Positions 1 to 16,279 of a stretch of DNA of 64,000 nt are shown here, in pieces (the stretch's first letter is position 1; each line of letters begins with the position of its first letter). The DNA is taken from the sequence record OR844650.1; one strand, given 5' to 3'. The translations under genes and the position numbers were made by a program. The notes beneath the pieces were generated by a model that searched no databases, was not told where the DNA came from, and saw only the letters and a list, made by a program, of their open reading frames with translations.

Positions 1-1
1 C

Positions 2-283
2 TTGTTCTTCGGGCTTAACTTCAAAACTCTCATCATCCCATACTTCATCCGTACCATGTTCAGTACTATGAAGTTGATGTTCAGGGATATAATCAGGAAT
101 TTGCATTTCTCGTTCTTTTTCTTGAATCAACTCTTCACGAGTTTTAATAATTGTTCCACCGGAACCGATTTTATCACCACGTGCGTTTAGATTAGCATTA
201 CCCAATGCTACCTGATGTTGATTTTGGTACTTGAGCATATCCATGTCAATTGTTGTACCACGATAAGTTGTATGTTTAGACAT
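2..283 (-). CDS. Conserved hypothetical phage protein, partial (runs off left edge; not in ORF track)
   Basis: Manual translation from ATG at 283: MSKHTTYRGTTIDMDMLKYQNQHQVALGNANLNARGDKIGSGGTIIKTREE..., open to the window edge; AAAGGA RBS upstream. Confidence 0.75.
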   Translation of the reverse strand, partial: MSKHTTYRGTTIDMDMLKYQNQHQVALGNANLNARGDKIGSGGTIIKTREELIQEKEREMQIPDYIPEHQLHSTEHGTDEVWDDESFEVKPEEQ

Positions 284-346
284 ATCAAAATCCTTTTATT
301 GTATGTGTGATATAAGCCTACAATAAACATTATATCACATGTTTTT

Positions 347-865
347 CTACCATTTCAAAAATTCGTTAACATCAAGTTCGTACTTCAATGAATCTACCAT
401 ATGTAGTCCAATCAAAAACAAACAGTATGATGCAACAGAGCTTCCACGACCTAGACCCCAAAAGATCTCATTTTCTTCCATATAATCAACAAGCCATATC
501 ATACATCTTAGTAGCTTTGTCATATTATAATATTCATATAAATCAAGTTCATACTCAACACGTTTTCGTGCTTCATCGGATGTGCATTTTTGTAAGAAAA
601 AGTCACGCAGATTTATATTGTCGTATACTGGATCATATCGCCACAGTTCATGATTTTTATCATGCTCAATTGTATAATCCAGCATACGTTGTTCTAAGCC
701 AAATTTTTTACAGTTATCATTGAATTTCAACCTTTCAGGTTCATCAATTTCCTGCAATTGTAAGTACTGGATATCTGCACCGCAATTGATTGCATAAACA
801 ACTGCGTTAAGATTACATTTCACATCACCATTGGGACTTATAAATCTGTTTCCTTGTACTTTCAT
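347..865 (-). CDS. DnaE/Pol III alpha-like N-terminal piece of polymerase core (split gene, part 1)
   Basis: RVEYELDLY...WGLGRGSSVASYCLFLIGLHMVDSLKYELDVNEFLK matches DnaE RLExEL...VGPGRGSGAGSLVAYALxITxLDPLxxDLLFERFL; ends immediately before the catalytic DxD motif. Confidence 0.85.
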   Translation of the reverse strand: MKVQGNRFISPNGDVKCNLNAVVYAINCGADIQYLQLQEIDEPERLKFNDNCKKFGLEQRMLDYTIEHDKNHELWRYDPVYDNINLRDFFLQKCTSDEARKRVEYELDLYEYYNMTKLLRCMIWLVDYMEENEIFWGLGRGSSVASYCLFLIGLHMVDSLKYELDVNEFLKW

Positions 866-1136
866 TTTTCTTCTTCTGGGCCTCTTCGTTGTCAGTTAGA
901 TATGAATCCATATCGAAGATACATGGGTCTTCTTCGTCATAAACAGTTTTTTCTTTTTGTCCTTGGCGAAGTTCTAGTTCAGCATAACATTGATTTAAGA
1001 CAGTTTGCATATTACCAATAATCATGTCGCTTAGGCCAGCAGCACGAGCAGAAGTTAAACGCATAGACTGTTCATTAATTTTTAACTGTAGTTCTTTTTC
1101 CGTCATTCCAGACGGGTCAAAAAACGGATTAAACAT
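825..1136 (-). CDS. Hypothetical protein
   Basis: 103-aa ORF, AGGAGG RBS, tightly packed with its neighbours. Confidence 0.7.
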   Translation of the reverse strand: MFNPFFDPSGMTEKELQLKINEQSMRLTSARAAGLSDMIIGNMQTVLNQCYAELELRQGQKEKTVYDEEDPCIFDMDSYLTDNEEAQKKKNESTRKQIYKSQW

Positions 1137-1137
1137 A

Positions 1138-3531
1138 TTAACCTCCTATGTTATTGTTTTGCAATGTAATCAAAAATGTATCTGAAACATAATTCACTGA
1201 TTCATGCGAAAAGTATCCGAATTCAACCGATGTGATTTCGAACTCTACACCTACCATTGTACCATGTTCATTGTTCTGAAGTAAAGTGTTGAAAAATGCT
1301 TCACCTTTCCCTGGTTGACAATATGCAACTGGAATGATAGGCATGAATTTTTTCTGTATACCATCTTCAATGTATGGGTGATTCATAAATCTTGGAACCG
1401 TATCAAGCATTTCATCACTGATACTTGGTATCGCATCAACGTATAGACCACGATTTTGTAAATCGGTTGGGTCTTTTACTAAGTTGGTTGTGTCTTCACC
1501 AATAGCCTGAAAAATATTTTGTCGTAAACCAAATAATTCACCAAGCTGACCGTTGTCGATTTGAGTATATTGACGTGGATTTTTGGATACAGATACTAAA
1601 GATCCTTCAGGTAAAACCTCTCTATATAATAGATCATATTGTAAGTTACCTTGATTGTCAAGTGCTGATATTATTTTATAATTACCCATTACCATTTTAA
1701 ATTTTCCATTTGGAATAGTAGTTCCATTTGGGTTAATTATACTATTTCTCAATACTTTCTTGATATCAGAAAGGTTAGTATATGGATACGTTTGACTTAG
1801 GAAGTTTTCTTTCAATAACATCTTCGGTATTTTCTGAAGACCATATCTATTGTCAGATTGTCGGAAAAATAGTTGATTAGTGAATGATGAAGTACTGATA
1901 CATTTAAACCATTCTCTCTCAAATGCAACCGAAGGTAATACATGTGCACTCAAATAATTCTGTCCGAATCCTCTTACAATCTTAAGGTTAAATATTTTTC
2001 TTGCTTCACCACCTTCAGTACTAAATGCTTTAACATAAAACGATAATTTAATATCATCATTTTCACTAAAATCAATACTTTTGGCATATGCAGTTCCTAC
2101 AAGATATCCATCTGGTGTCAAATCTATCCCATACTTTCTAATGTCATCACCACCATCTAAAACATACGAAACTTGATTAGAGCTATCAGTTTCAATTTTA
2201 GGATATATACTGTCTCCAAAATATTCACCAACATGTATGGTTCCTAAATCACTATCAGTAATAAAGTTTATATTATTACCTTCTTCTGCGTTTATCAAAA
2301 CCCTGAACATTTTTTGCATACCAATGATATTATCACCAAGAGTAGAGTCATAATATCCTAAATCAATCCAATCACTACTATCATAAACGGGCTTAATTGT
2401 TCCATTATCGTATTCACCACTAATTACGTATGGATACACAACATTATCTTTTAATTGATATAAATGATTGGGTAGTGGTTTTTCTGAAATAGAATATATA
2501 GTATCTATGTCTTCAGGACAAACCCACATTTGATATGCTTTATATCGTTGATTGATAGCAAACCTTTCACTTTCTTCGGTGTATGTACTTAATATATCAA
2601 CAATCTCAACTTTAAAATATGCATCACAAGCATCTGAGTCATATAAAAATGTTTGCAATAATTGCCCATTTGGGTTGAACACCATTCCAGTGTCAATTAA
2701 ATTACCATTTCTATTTTGAATATTAACTTTTACTTCTTTGTTTATACCAGAAATAGGCCATGTTGATTGTGCTGGCTTGAATACTGCGAAATCATTCGTA
2801 ATATGTTTATCTGGAACTTCAGAAATATCCATGTCAATCAAACGATATGCTGGAAAAAAGACACGAGGTGTAATATCAGTAGTCATGTCAGTACCCAAAA
2901 TGAAAGGTCGTCTTCTTCCAAATCCTTGAACGAACAATGTACTGTTGGAGCCATACTCAACATCACCAATACAATAAAGCTTTTTGTCATCACCAATCTC
3001 AACTCCGGGTGTAACCCAAACTTCTTGACTATCATATGTTATTGATGTATCAGTTAATCCTAGAACACCACTTGGTGAAATATTTCCAAAATACATAACA
3101 TTTACTGCTTGTAAATAAAAATTTATAATTTCTGTATTATTATAGGTTCCATCATTTTTACAATGAATTTTTATAAAATAAACATCTTCACTATTAGTAC
3201 TTGCAGATAAGTTAAATTCATTTTTGCTGATTTTACACTTATGCTTACCATTTACTAATTTATTACCAGTTGTACCATCTGAAATAGGAACAAAAGTATT
3301 TTCGTCATTACCAACATAAAAAGTATAATGTGGTTCTGGATCAAATACAGCACCTGAACTATCCAAGCATTGTATGTTAAGAATCATTTCTAAGTATTCA
3401 TCTTCATTTAATACATAGCTATCATCCGTTGTGCTTTCTTTATTGATACTCAAACGCACAAGAATGTCTTGTCCTTCTTGTATATATCGAGCATCGGCTT
3501 TTATATCCCATCGTGGGGTAAAAGTTGTCAT
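1138..3531 (-). CDS. Large virion structural protein (baseplate-associated-like, Ig/cadherin-like segment)
   Basis: About 800 aa, beta-rich, with a DLGTIHVGE...YVLDGG...LTPDGYLVG Ig-like segment; likely start MTTFTP at 3531 (GGAGA RBS); TAAATA upstream. Confidence 0.55.
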   Translation of the reverse strand: MTTFTPRWDIKADARYIQEGQDILVRLSINKESTTDDSYVLNEDEYLEMILNIQCLDSSGAVFDPEPHYTFYVGNDENTFVPISDGTTGNKLVNGKHKCKISKNEFNLSASTNSEDVYFIKIHCKNDGTYNNTEIINFYLQAVNVMYFGNISPSGVLGLTDTSITYDSQEVWVTPGVEIGDDKKLYCIGDVEYGSNSTLFVQGFGRRRPFILGTDMTTDITPRVFFPAYRLIDMDISEVPDKHITNDFAVFKPAQSTWPISGINKEVKVNIQNRNGNLIDTGMVFNPNGQLLQTFLYDSDACDAYFKVEIVDILSTYTEESERFAINQRYKAYQMWVCPEDIDTIYSISEKPLPNHLYQLKDNVVYPYVISGEYDNGTIKPVYDSSDWIDLGYYDSTLGDNIIGMQKMFRVLINAEEGNNINFITDSDLGTIHVGEYFGDSIYPKIETDSSNQVSYVLDGGDDIRKYGIDLTPDGYLVGTAYAKSIDFSENDDIKLSFYVKAFSTEGGEARKIFNLKIVRGFGQNYLSAHVLPSVAFEREWFKCISTSSFTNQLFFRQSDNRYGLQKIPKMLLKENFLSQTYPYTNLSDIKKVLRNSIINPNGTTIPNGKFKMVMGNYKIISALDNQGNLQYDLLYREVLPEGSLVSVSKNPRQYTQIDNGQLGELFGLRQNIFQAIGEDTTNLVKDPTDLQNRGLYVDAIPSISDEMLDTVPRFMNHPYIEDGIQKKFMPIIPVAYCQPGKGEAFFNTLLQNNEHGTMVGVEFEITSVEFGYFSHESVNYVSDTFLITLQNNNIGG

Positions 3532-3587
3532 TATAATTCTCCATAGCCAAGCTGCCATTATCTATAGATTATTTATATAAAGGACAA

Positions 3588-3608
3588 GGAAGACCCATAA
3601 GGTCTTCC
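3588..3608 (-). terminator. Intrinsic terminator after topoisomerase medium subunit
   Basis: GGAAGACC-5nt-GGTCTTCC hairpin. Confidence 0.6.
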
Positions 3609-3618
3609 ATTAAATATA

Positions 3619-5031
3619 TCAATTGTCTGATTTAGGAGTAAAGTCAATCTTTCTTAGTTCTTTTAGTTCAGATTTATAAATGTCCCAAATTAAGTCATGA
3701 TTAGATAACAGTTCATTGTACTTATCCATCAAATCAAGATTATCTTGAATATCTTGTAGTACTGATTGATAATTATCTTGCGTCCAGCGATATGAAGGGA
3801 AGTTTACAATGCTTTGAATATTCTCTTCCGTTGCTTCAATTTCGGTATTTAACGATTTAACGAATTCAACCATTTCAGCACGGTTTGCAAATCCTTTTAC
3901 CTTAGCAATCATATCATTATCGAAACATTCTTTAATTAGAATTTTATAACGAACTTCAGCAGCACAATCATCAAGTTTCTTTTCATAACGCTTGATGTAA
4001 TATTTGAAACGGAAATCAACGAAGTCTTTAATCAAATCCATCGTAGTATCGTAAACTTTCACTTTGCCATTTTCACCTAGAACAGTTAAATGTTGAGTCA
4101 TTTTTTTGTTAATGCCAAAATACTCAATAACATCCATCTCTGTCCATTTAGCTGACGTTCCACGTGGAAGTTTAATGGTAATATCAATTACATCAGTACT
4201 ATCATTGTCATAATCACGAATCTCACCATCATCACTCATTTTGATTAGTTTTTCGATGAATTTCTCAATACTGTAATTAGGTGGTAAGCCTGTTACTTTA
4301 ACAGTGCTTGCATCAATAACCTCAGCTTTACCATAGAATTCATACTTATTTTCATCAAGCTTAGTCACAACATCACTTGCACCACATGAAACATAATATG
4401 GGGTCATTTCTTTTAGTGGTTTTTTATCAATAGCACGAATGCAATTATCAATAATATCTTCAATTTTATGTGGTAGAATTGTACTCTTATAACCAACTGA
4501 CATACTATCATTACCAAACAATGATAATGGAATAATAGGCAAGAAATGAACAGGTTCATATGTTGTCCCGTCATAGTTCTCTTTCATTGGTATAATATCA
4601 GCATCACGCAAAACAAGCATCTCAGTACTCTTATTCTTTTTAACATAAGTGTAACGAGCAGATGCTGGTGTACTGTTTACTTGTGTACCAAAACCACCAC
4701 GTTTTCCAATAAGAGGATAGTTGTTAGCTACTGGAGATGCTAGATTTTGAAGTGTTCCTGATGCTGACGTGTCTCCATGAAGATAGATACCATCACTAAT
4801 CATTTTTCCAGCACATGATACTGTTTTAATTTCCCCACTAATTTTAGATAATGTGAAGATTGCTTTACGTTGTGAACTCTTTAGACCATCAATTCCAGGA
4901 ATAGCACGGTCTAGTGTATACATCGAATATTCTAGTGATGTTGTATTCACATAATCAGAACTGTTATAATCTAGTAGAGTTAGTGTTTGGTTATCGATAT
5001 TATGATTTTCTGTTTTTTTACTTTTAGCCAT
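3619..5031 (-). CDS. Type IIA DNA topoisomerase, GyrA/gp52-like subunit
   Basis: DRAIPGIDGLKSSQRK, YLHGDTS and active-site ASARYT motifs. Confidence 0.95.
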   Translation of the reverse strand: MAKSKKTENHNIDNQTLTLLDYNSSDYVNTTSLEYSMYTLDRAIPGIDGLKSSQRKAIFTLSKISGEIKTVSCAGKMISDGIYLHGDTSASGTLQNLASPVANNYPLIGKRGGFGTQVNSTPASARYTYVKKNKSTEMLVLRDADIIPMKENYDGTTYEPVHFLPIIPLSLFGNDSMSVGYKSTILPHKIEDIIDNCIRAIDKKPLKEMTPYYVSCGASDVVTKLDENKYEFYGKAEVIDASTVKVTGLPPNYSIEKFIEKLIKMSDDGEIRDYDNDSTDVIDITIKLPRGTSAKWTEMDVIEYFGINKKMTQHLTVLGENGKVKVYDTTMDLIKDFVDFRFKYYIKRYEKKLDDCAAEVRYKILIKECFDNDMIAKVKGFANRAEMVEFVKSLNTEIEATEENIQSIVNFPSYRWTQDNYQSVLQDIQDNLDLMDKYNELLSNHDLIWDIYKSELKELRKIDFTPKSDN

Positions 5032-5047
5032 TCCATTGTCTCTTGGT

Positions 5048-5070
5048 AAAAGGGGAACACCATGTTCCCC
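5048..5070 (-). terminator. Terminator-like hairpin between the two topoisomerase genes
   Basis: GGGGAACA-3nt-TGTTCCCC followed by TTTT on the minus strand. Confidence 0.6.
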
Positions 5071-5081
5071 ATTAGTCTATA

Positions 5082-7046
5082 TTATTCCATCCAGTTCTTA
5101 CGATCATCTGCACGTTTCTTGTTGAAAATCAAATCAAGAGTTTCTCCAAGACGTCCATCATCGGTGATCGCTACTGCAACACTATTAGTGAATGCATCAC
5201 GGAAGTTTGCTTTTTCTAAAGTTCCTAAACCTTTTGCACGCGTTGCTTTCCAGCCTTTCCAATCATCTGGGTTATATTCATGCACATTATGACCATAGTA
5301 GTATTTTGATTCTTTACCTTTCTCAAGAATGATAAATGGTGTTTTGAATACATACACAAATGGATTTTCTGGGTCTTGAAACAATTCAGGCCAGAATTTA
5401 AATAAGAAGTTACACACTAGAGCACCAATGTTCTTCCCATCTTCATCTTCATCAGCACAGATGTAAAGCTTACCATAGTTTAGTTCAGAACGTTCTGCTT
5501 TAACACCTGGAACTAAGTTGATACTAGCCATTATATCATGTAAAGCCATTGAATCCATTAATTCTTTGGTTTTCTCAGTACCACTGACGTTCATAATTTT
5601 CCCACGCAATGGTAGAATACCATGAATACTTGGTATACGAGCACTAGCCATGTTGGAAATTGCAGAGTCACCTTCTGCAATCAATAGAATACACTGTGAA
5701 CGGTCTGTTCCAGTACTATCCAATAGTTTTGCAACTTTACCTTTTAGAAGTTTCTTTGCTAGGCGACGATCTTCTTCTGCATCTTTCTTATTTGTACGGG
5801 CAGCACAACGTTCGAAGATTTCATCAACCCATTCTTTGTTCTTCTTAACTAATTCATCAAACCATTCGGTACTCATAGCTTGTTGAATTGGACGGATTAC
5901 GTTTTCATTAGTTAGTTTAGATTTAATCTGTGAGTTGAATGAAGGTGCTTTCATAGTTGTGACATTATAAATCAACAAACCTTCTTCAATATCAGAACGA
6001 TTAGGTTTCATCCTACGTTTCTTAGATTCTTTCTCTAGTGCAGTTCCTACACCGAGTGAGAAGAATTTCTTGAATGTATCAAGATGTGTACCACCATCAA
6101 ATGCAGGAGCATTGTTAACCAACCCATGCATATGGAAATTCGTGTTCATGCCAGCTACTGCATTAGGAACAATATAAAAAGTACTGTTAAAATTGAATGA
6201 ATCATCTTTAACATTCAACTGCATTAATTTAGATGCATTGAAGAGTGCTTTTTCAGTGTTTCCTTTAATAGCAATACGTTTCCCGTTCAGAAAGATTTTA
6301 TAAGTTGGGTTAGCTGCTGCCATTTCTTTAAGAATACTATAAAGTAATTCTGTAGGTAGTTTTCTGTTTGGAAAAACTTCTTTACTCAAAGTAAAACGAA
6401 TTGTTGTTCCAGTTTTATCGGTTTGTACCTTTCTAATAGTAGGTTCGTGTACATGAAGCTCAGGGAACATAATAGTTCCTTCCTCAAACTTCTGATTGAA
6501 CTTATAAAACCCATCATAACCATCATTACTACTTTGTGTTTTATACGGACGACCTTGGCGATGAATTTCTAACTCTGCCTTAGAACTGACAATCATTGCA
6601 ACAGAACCACCTAAACCATTCTGACCAATCGTTTCATCACGTTTTGAATCGTCAAAGTTACGGCCTGTTTTTGTTTCAGTCATTACCATAGTACACAAGT
6701 TTTTCTGATACTCTGGAACATAATCAATTGGAATACCACGTCCATTGTCACTAATTTCAAATGATAGTTCTTCTTCATTGAAATCAACTTTCAAAACAGG
6801 TTCTTTGGTTCCAGCTTTTTTAAATTCATCTAAGCTGTTATCAATAATTTCACGTGTAGCAGTAAGAATTGCAGGAACCCATTCTACGTTCTTAACCTCA
6901 TAACCTGATTCGCCAAAAATCAGTACTTGACTTTCATGCACTGAACGAGAACCAAGATACATCTCGGTACGCAAACGAGCATGTTGATAATCATTTAGTC
7001 GTTGAACATCATGTTCCTGTAGAACAGCACTTTCTTTCTTAGCCAT
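5082..7046 (-). CDS. Type IIA DNA topoisomerase, GyrB-like (gp39+gp60 fused) subunit
   Basis: GHKL motifs EIIDNSLDE, DNGRGIP, GQNGLGGS; TOPRIM motifs EGDSA, PLRGK, DEDEDG, KGLG. Confidence 0.96.
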   Translation of the reverse strand: MAKKESAVLQEHDVQRLNDYQHARLRTEMYLGSRSVHESQVLIFGESGYEVKNVEWVPAILTATREIIDNSLDEFKKAGTKEPVLKVDFNEEELSFEISDNGRGIPIDYVPEYQKNLCTMVMTETKTGRNFDDSKRDETIGQNGLGGSVAMIVSSKAELEIHRQGRPYKTQSSNDGYDGFYKFNQKFEEGTIMFPELHVHEPTIRKVQTDKTGTTIRFTLSKEVFPNRKLPTELLYSILKEMAAANPTYKIFLNGKRIAIKGNTEKALFNASKLMQLNVKDDSFNFNSTFYIVPNAVAGMNTNFHMHGLVNNAPAFDGGTHLDTFKKFFSLGVGTALEKESKKRRMKPNRSDIEEGLLIYNVTTMKAPSFNSQIKSKLTNENVIRPIQQAMSTEWFDELVKKNKEWVDEIFERCAARTNKKDAEEDRRLAKKLLKGKVAKLLDSTGTDRSQCILLIAEGDSAISNMASARIPSIHGILPLRGKIMNVSGTEKTKELMDSMALHDIMASINLVPGVKAERSELNYGKLYICADEDEDGKNIGALVCNFLFKFWPELFQDPENPFVYVFKTPFIILEKGKESKYYYGHNVHEYNPDDWKGWKATRAKGLGTLEKANFRDAFTNSVAVAITDDGRLGETLDLIFNKKRADDRKNWME

Positions 7047-7080
7047 TTGAATTCCTTATCATGTCTCTTTGTCATAAAAC

Positions 7081-7109
7081 ATTGTATCACCAATGTTTTG
7101 TTTGTCTCA
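7081..7109 (-). promoter_or_regulatory. Putative middle-type promoter (TGAGACAA box plus extended -10) for topoisomerase
   Basis: TGAGAC-17nt-TACAAT with TGn extension. Confidence 0.7.
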
Positions 7110-7116
7110 AAAAAAA

Positions 7117-7141
7117 ATATCGGAACGATTTGTCCCGATAT
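7117..7141 (-). terminator. Intrinsic terminator
   Basis: ATATCGG...CCGATAT hairpin followed by a T-run on the minus strand. Confidence 0.55.
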
Positions 7142-7145
7142 ATTA

Positions 7146-7936
7146 TTATTTTACTAACATAAGTTGAAGTTCGGCACTTGGACTTGATTCATCATCACTC
7201 CAGTACTTATGAACCTTATCTGGACTCGCCTTTGCAAGTACTTCACCGCCACCAACAATATAAACTTGATGGGAACCAATTAAACGGGTCCAGAATTTAA
7301 TCGCATCATCAGTATGCAGACTATCACTCAGAACTTTAATACCATGTGATATCATATCCATAAAGATATTATAAATTATACCTTTAGTTCCAGTTTTAGA
7401 AGCAGTTGCGGCAATTTCAAAAACGTTTTGAACACCAAGTACTGCATCATTGGATAAATGCCCACTAACTATAGCAAGCTGTTTACCAGACTTATCGTAA
7501 GCGATAAATCCAGTACCGTTTTTGTTCATATATACATCATAGTCTTTATGTTCTGCGAACTTAACCATGTTGTGCTTACCTGTCATTTCGGCAGTTTTAT
7601 CGACAAACTCGTCTCGGTCTTGACCTTGAAAACTATCGAAACGTTGTGGCATTTCATCCAACTTATCTTTGTCGTCTTCACATGAATCCATTATATCACA
7701 AGTTCTGTCGTCTGTATCAGCTAATTCTGCATCTTGTACAATATCGACTAAACTACGCATACTTGCTTCTTTTACTTTATTAGGAAGTTTAGAACTTTTT
7801 TTAAGATTTCCTTCCTTTTCATCAGCGGCATTCCATTCTTTAGCAGCACTTTGTGAAATTCCAGCTTTCTTTGCAAATTCTGGATTGTGTGCGGCGGCTG
7901 CGAAGAATTTAGCCTGACTTTTACTCTTACTTGGCA

Positions 7937-7937
<1 letters not shown>
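7146..7937 (-). CDS. Putative head-associated protein with small N-terminal module and GNAT-like C-terminal domain
   Basis: N-terminal MPSKSKSQAKFFAAAAHNPEFAKKAGISQSAAKEW module; C-terminal KGIIYNIF...VLSDSLHTDDAIKFWTRL resembles phage GNAT-like folds. Confidence 0.45.
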
Positions 7938-10103
<2,166 letters not shown>

Positions 10104-10114
10104 AAGTCTATATT

Positions 10115-11177
<1,063 letters not shown>

Positions 11178-11221
11178 GTAATAAAAGCTCCAATATGATT
11201 TTAATGTTTTGTTCGATAGTA

Positions 11222-11250
11222 ATTATAGGATAGAACATTAGTTCTGTCAA
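11222..11250 (-). promoter_or_regulatory. Consensus sigma70 (early) promoter upstream of infC
   Basis: Perfect TTGACA-17nt-TATAAT. Confidence 0.85.
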
Positions 11251-11441
11251 GCACTATCATTGTGTTTTTTAATTGCTTCACAGATTGCTTGAACTTGAAC
11301 AAGATAAGTTTTTGCAAATTCTGCTTGGGTTCGCACACGTGGGTTTGGTGCGTCTTTGATCATAAGTTCTAGGTCATAAACTACCTTATCAAAAACTCCC
11401 TTGTCTTCAATAATACGATCATAAAATGTTTTGTCAGTCAT
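11247..11441 (-). CDS. Small hypothetical protein
   Basis: 64-aa ORF with GGAG RBS. Confidence 0.65.
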   Translation of the reverse strand: MTDKTFYDRIIEDKGVFDKVVYDLELMIKDAPNPRVRTQAEFAKTYLVQVQAICEAIKKHNDSA

Positions 11442-11464
11442 GTCAAGAACTCCATGTTATAAAA

Positions 11465-12055
11465 TTATAATTTAACGTAAGATACTACAGATGCATCAGA
11501 AACAGAAGGAACATTAAGATACACGTTCTCATACTCAATGAAATCAACAGTACTCGTAGTAAGAGCATTCTTGATACGTTGTATGGTTTTTTGTACAGTA
11601 ATTTCTTCATTTTCTAGTGCATTAGTGCCATTACCTTTCAATGAATCATTGATTAGTGTTTGGATAATCTCAGCAGCTTTTGCTGTTTTCATATCTTCAC
11701 TAGTTAGTGCTGCTTGCTCTGCAACACTCAAAGTACTAAGAAAAGGTTGATAACTAATATATCCAACAGTGATTGTTGCACCAGTTGGGATCGTTTTTGC
11801 AGTTCCTGGCGTAGCAAATTCAACATTGCTATAAACTGGTACTGAATAAGTTGAAAGCAAACGAGAAAGTTGTAGGTAACGCAAAAGTGCAATTGACTTA
11901 TCAATAGTTTGCTGGTCAGTCGGTGCGGTTGTTGGGGAAGATGAATCATAATCACCATACATATAATATGGGATATTATCTAGGTTCGTCCCTGCAACTT
12001 CAATTTTAAATACTTGTAGTAAATTGTTCATTGTATATTCTTCTCCATAATACAA
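11465..12055 (-). CDS. Hypothetical, probably structural protein (likely start MNNLL at 12031)
   Basis: TAAATA upstream; GGAG RBS before the internal Met. Confidence 0.6.
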   Translation of the reverse strand: MYYGEEYTMNNLLQVFKIEVAGTNLDNIPYYMYGDYDSSSPTTAPTDQQTIDKSIALLRYLQLSRLLSTYSVPVYSNVEFATPGTAKTIPTGATITVGYISYQPFLSTLSVAEQAALTSEDMKTAKAAEIIQTLINDSLKGNGTNALENEEITVQKTIQRIKNALTTSTVDFIEYENVYLNVPSVSDASVVSYVKL

Positions 12056-12114
12056 AACACTTTTGATTATTTATTATTAAAAATCAAAAATATTTACGTA
12101 TAACATTTAGTCTT

Positions 12115-13458
12115 TTAGAATCGTGCATTTTGTCTCAACATAACACTATAACGTGGACGTGTCATGGCAGTGTATAAAATTCTACACTTAGTATCATTTG
12201 TACCAATACGTTCAATAAAATCAGTATCAAACCAAATGTTATCAAAAGTACTTCCTTGCGATTTATGAACAGTTGTTGCGTAAGGATAATTGATAATATG
12301 CAATTTATTCTTTATTACATAGTAATCCTGCCACATATATGGTTTCTTTGTCAATGGATTTATTTCTTTTTTCTCAATATCCTTAACAAGTTTATCTAGT
12401 TTTTCGTCCATTGCAATTCTTGTTTCTGGTCCTACGCCTAAAATATAACTACCATTAGGTAAACGGAATTGCCAACAATCAATCCCCATAAAACTTTCAC
12501 GTTTCACTTCAGGACATTGTATAATTTGTTGTACTACATATGGACTATTCTCAGTTATGCTTTCAAAAACAATTGGTTCACCTTTAGTAAATTCATCTGG
12601 TACTTCAAATAGTTGACTTCTAATGTAAATATTAGCCAAATTAACTCGATAGTTAGTATATGCTAAGATTTTATTTTCATTTACGAAATCAAATATTTTT
12701 TTAGATGAACCCTTGTTTTCCATAATAAATTCACGATAAACATCTAAAAATAAATCTTCATCATCAATAGGTGTAATAGTGCTTAAACCATATGTCTGAT
12801 GCATAATATCAAATGGATTTTTACTAGTCCCAATACACTCTCGAATAGCAGTTGCAACTGCCAAAATCGGATTATCCAATGCTTGACGTAAAACCTCAGT
12901 TAACTCATATTGAACAGGTACATCAAACGTAGGAGACAATTTAGTCTCTCCCATTGTACCTTCGGACTCAACTGGGGGCAATTGACAACGATCACCAATG
13001 AATAAAACTGCTCGACGGACACGCCACAATTGATCCTGAATATGTTGGAATAATTCTTCTGAAATCATACTACACTCATCAACAATAAGAATGTCAACGT
13101 TAGTATTACTAACTTTACTTTGGGGATCATGTTTCAGTACTTGACGATTCTTTTCATATACTAATTTTAGTCCTAAAAAAGAGTGTATTGTACTAACTTG
13201 TGCATCTTCCTTAGTAAGACCAGCATTATTGATTAGCATATTACGAATAACAGCATTGGCTTTATGTGTAGGTGAAGTTACTGCAATATTATAGTTTTTA
13301 CATAGTGCTTTTACAATCTCAGCAGTAGTGAATGTTTTTCCAGTTCCTGCTGGGGCAGACAAAACCGAAATGGTCTTACCTGCATAGTTGTAAACACGAT
13401 CTATAAAATCATCAAAGATTTCTTGTTGCTTATCCGTAAGCTTAATTTTACTCATCAT
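12115..13458 (-). CDS. dda: Dda-like SF1B DNA helicase
   Basis: APAGTGKT, SPTHKA, TIHSFL, VDECSM, GDRCQLPPV, TTVHKSQGSTF, LYTAMTR. Confidence 0.9.
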   Translation of the reverse strand: MMSKIKLTDKQQEIFDDFIDRVYNYAGKTISVLSAPAGTGKTFTTAEIVKALCKNYNIAVTSPTHKANAVIRNMLINNAGLTKEDAQVSTIHSFLGLKLVYEKNRQVLKHDPQSKVSNTNVDILIVDECSMISEELFQHIQDQLWRVRRAVLFIGDRCQLPPVESEGTMGETKLSPTFDVPVQYELTEVLRQALDNPILAVATAIRECIGTSKNPFDIMHQTYGLSTITPIDDEDLFLDVYREFIMENKGSSKKIFDFVNENKILAYTNYRVNLANIYIRSQLFEVPDEFTKGEPIVFESITENSPYVVQQIIQCPEVKRESFMGIDCWQFRLPNGSYILGVGPETRIAMDEKLDKLVKDIEKKEINPLTKKPYMWQDYYVIKNKLHIINYPYATTVHKSQGSTFDNIWFDTDFIERIGTNDTKCRILYTAMTRPRYSVMLRQNARF

Positions 13459-13485
13459 TCCCTCGACTGATTTTTACATTTCAAG

Positions 13486-14788
<1,303 letters not shown>

Positions 14789-14873
14789 ATTACTTCTTTC
14801 TCCATATAAACTATGTAAAACGTAAAATTGGGTAAATACTTTATAAAAATAACAATAAGATTGGAGATTAACA

Positions 14874-16276
<1,403 letters not shown>

Positions 16277-16279
16277 AAT

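Noticed and set aside
2-190. Plus-strand 62-aa ORF and the many other short antisense ORFs in the track
   Set aside because: They overlap well-supported minus-strand genes, lack RBSs and show no phage-like composition
329-357. Extended -10 sites at 329 and 45134 as members of the YGRGACAA class
   Set aside because: The upstream boxes (TGAAATGG, TGGGAAAG) match poorly; they are probably promoters but cannot be assigned to the class
12109-12137. TGAGACAA at 12130-12137 as another middle promoter
   Set aside because: No -10 element at the conserved spacing; it lies inside the helicase coding end
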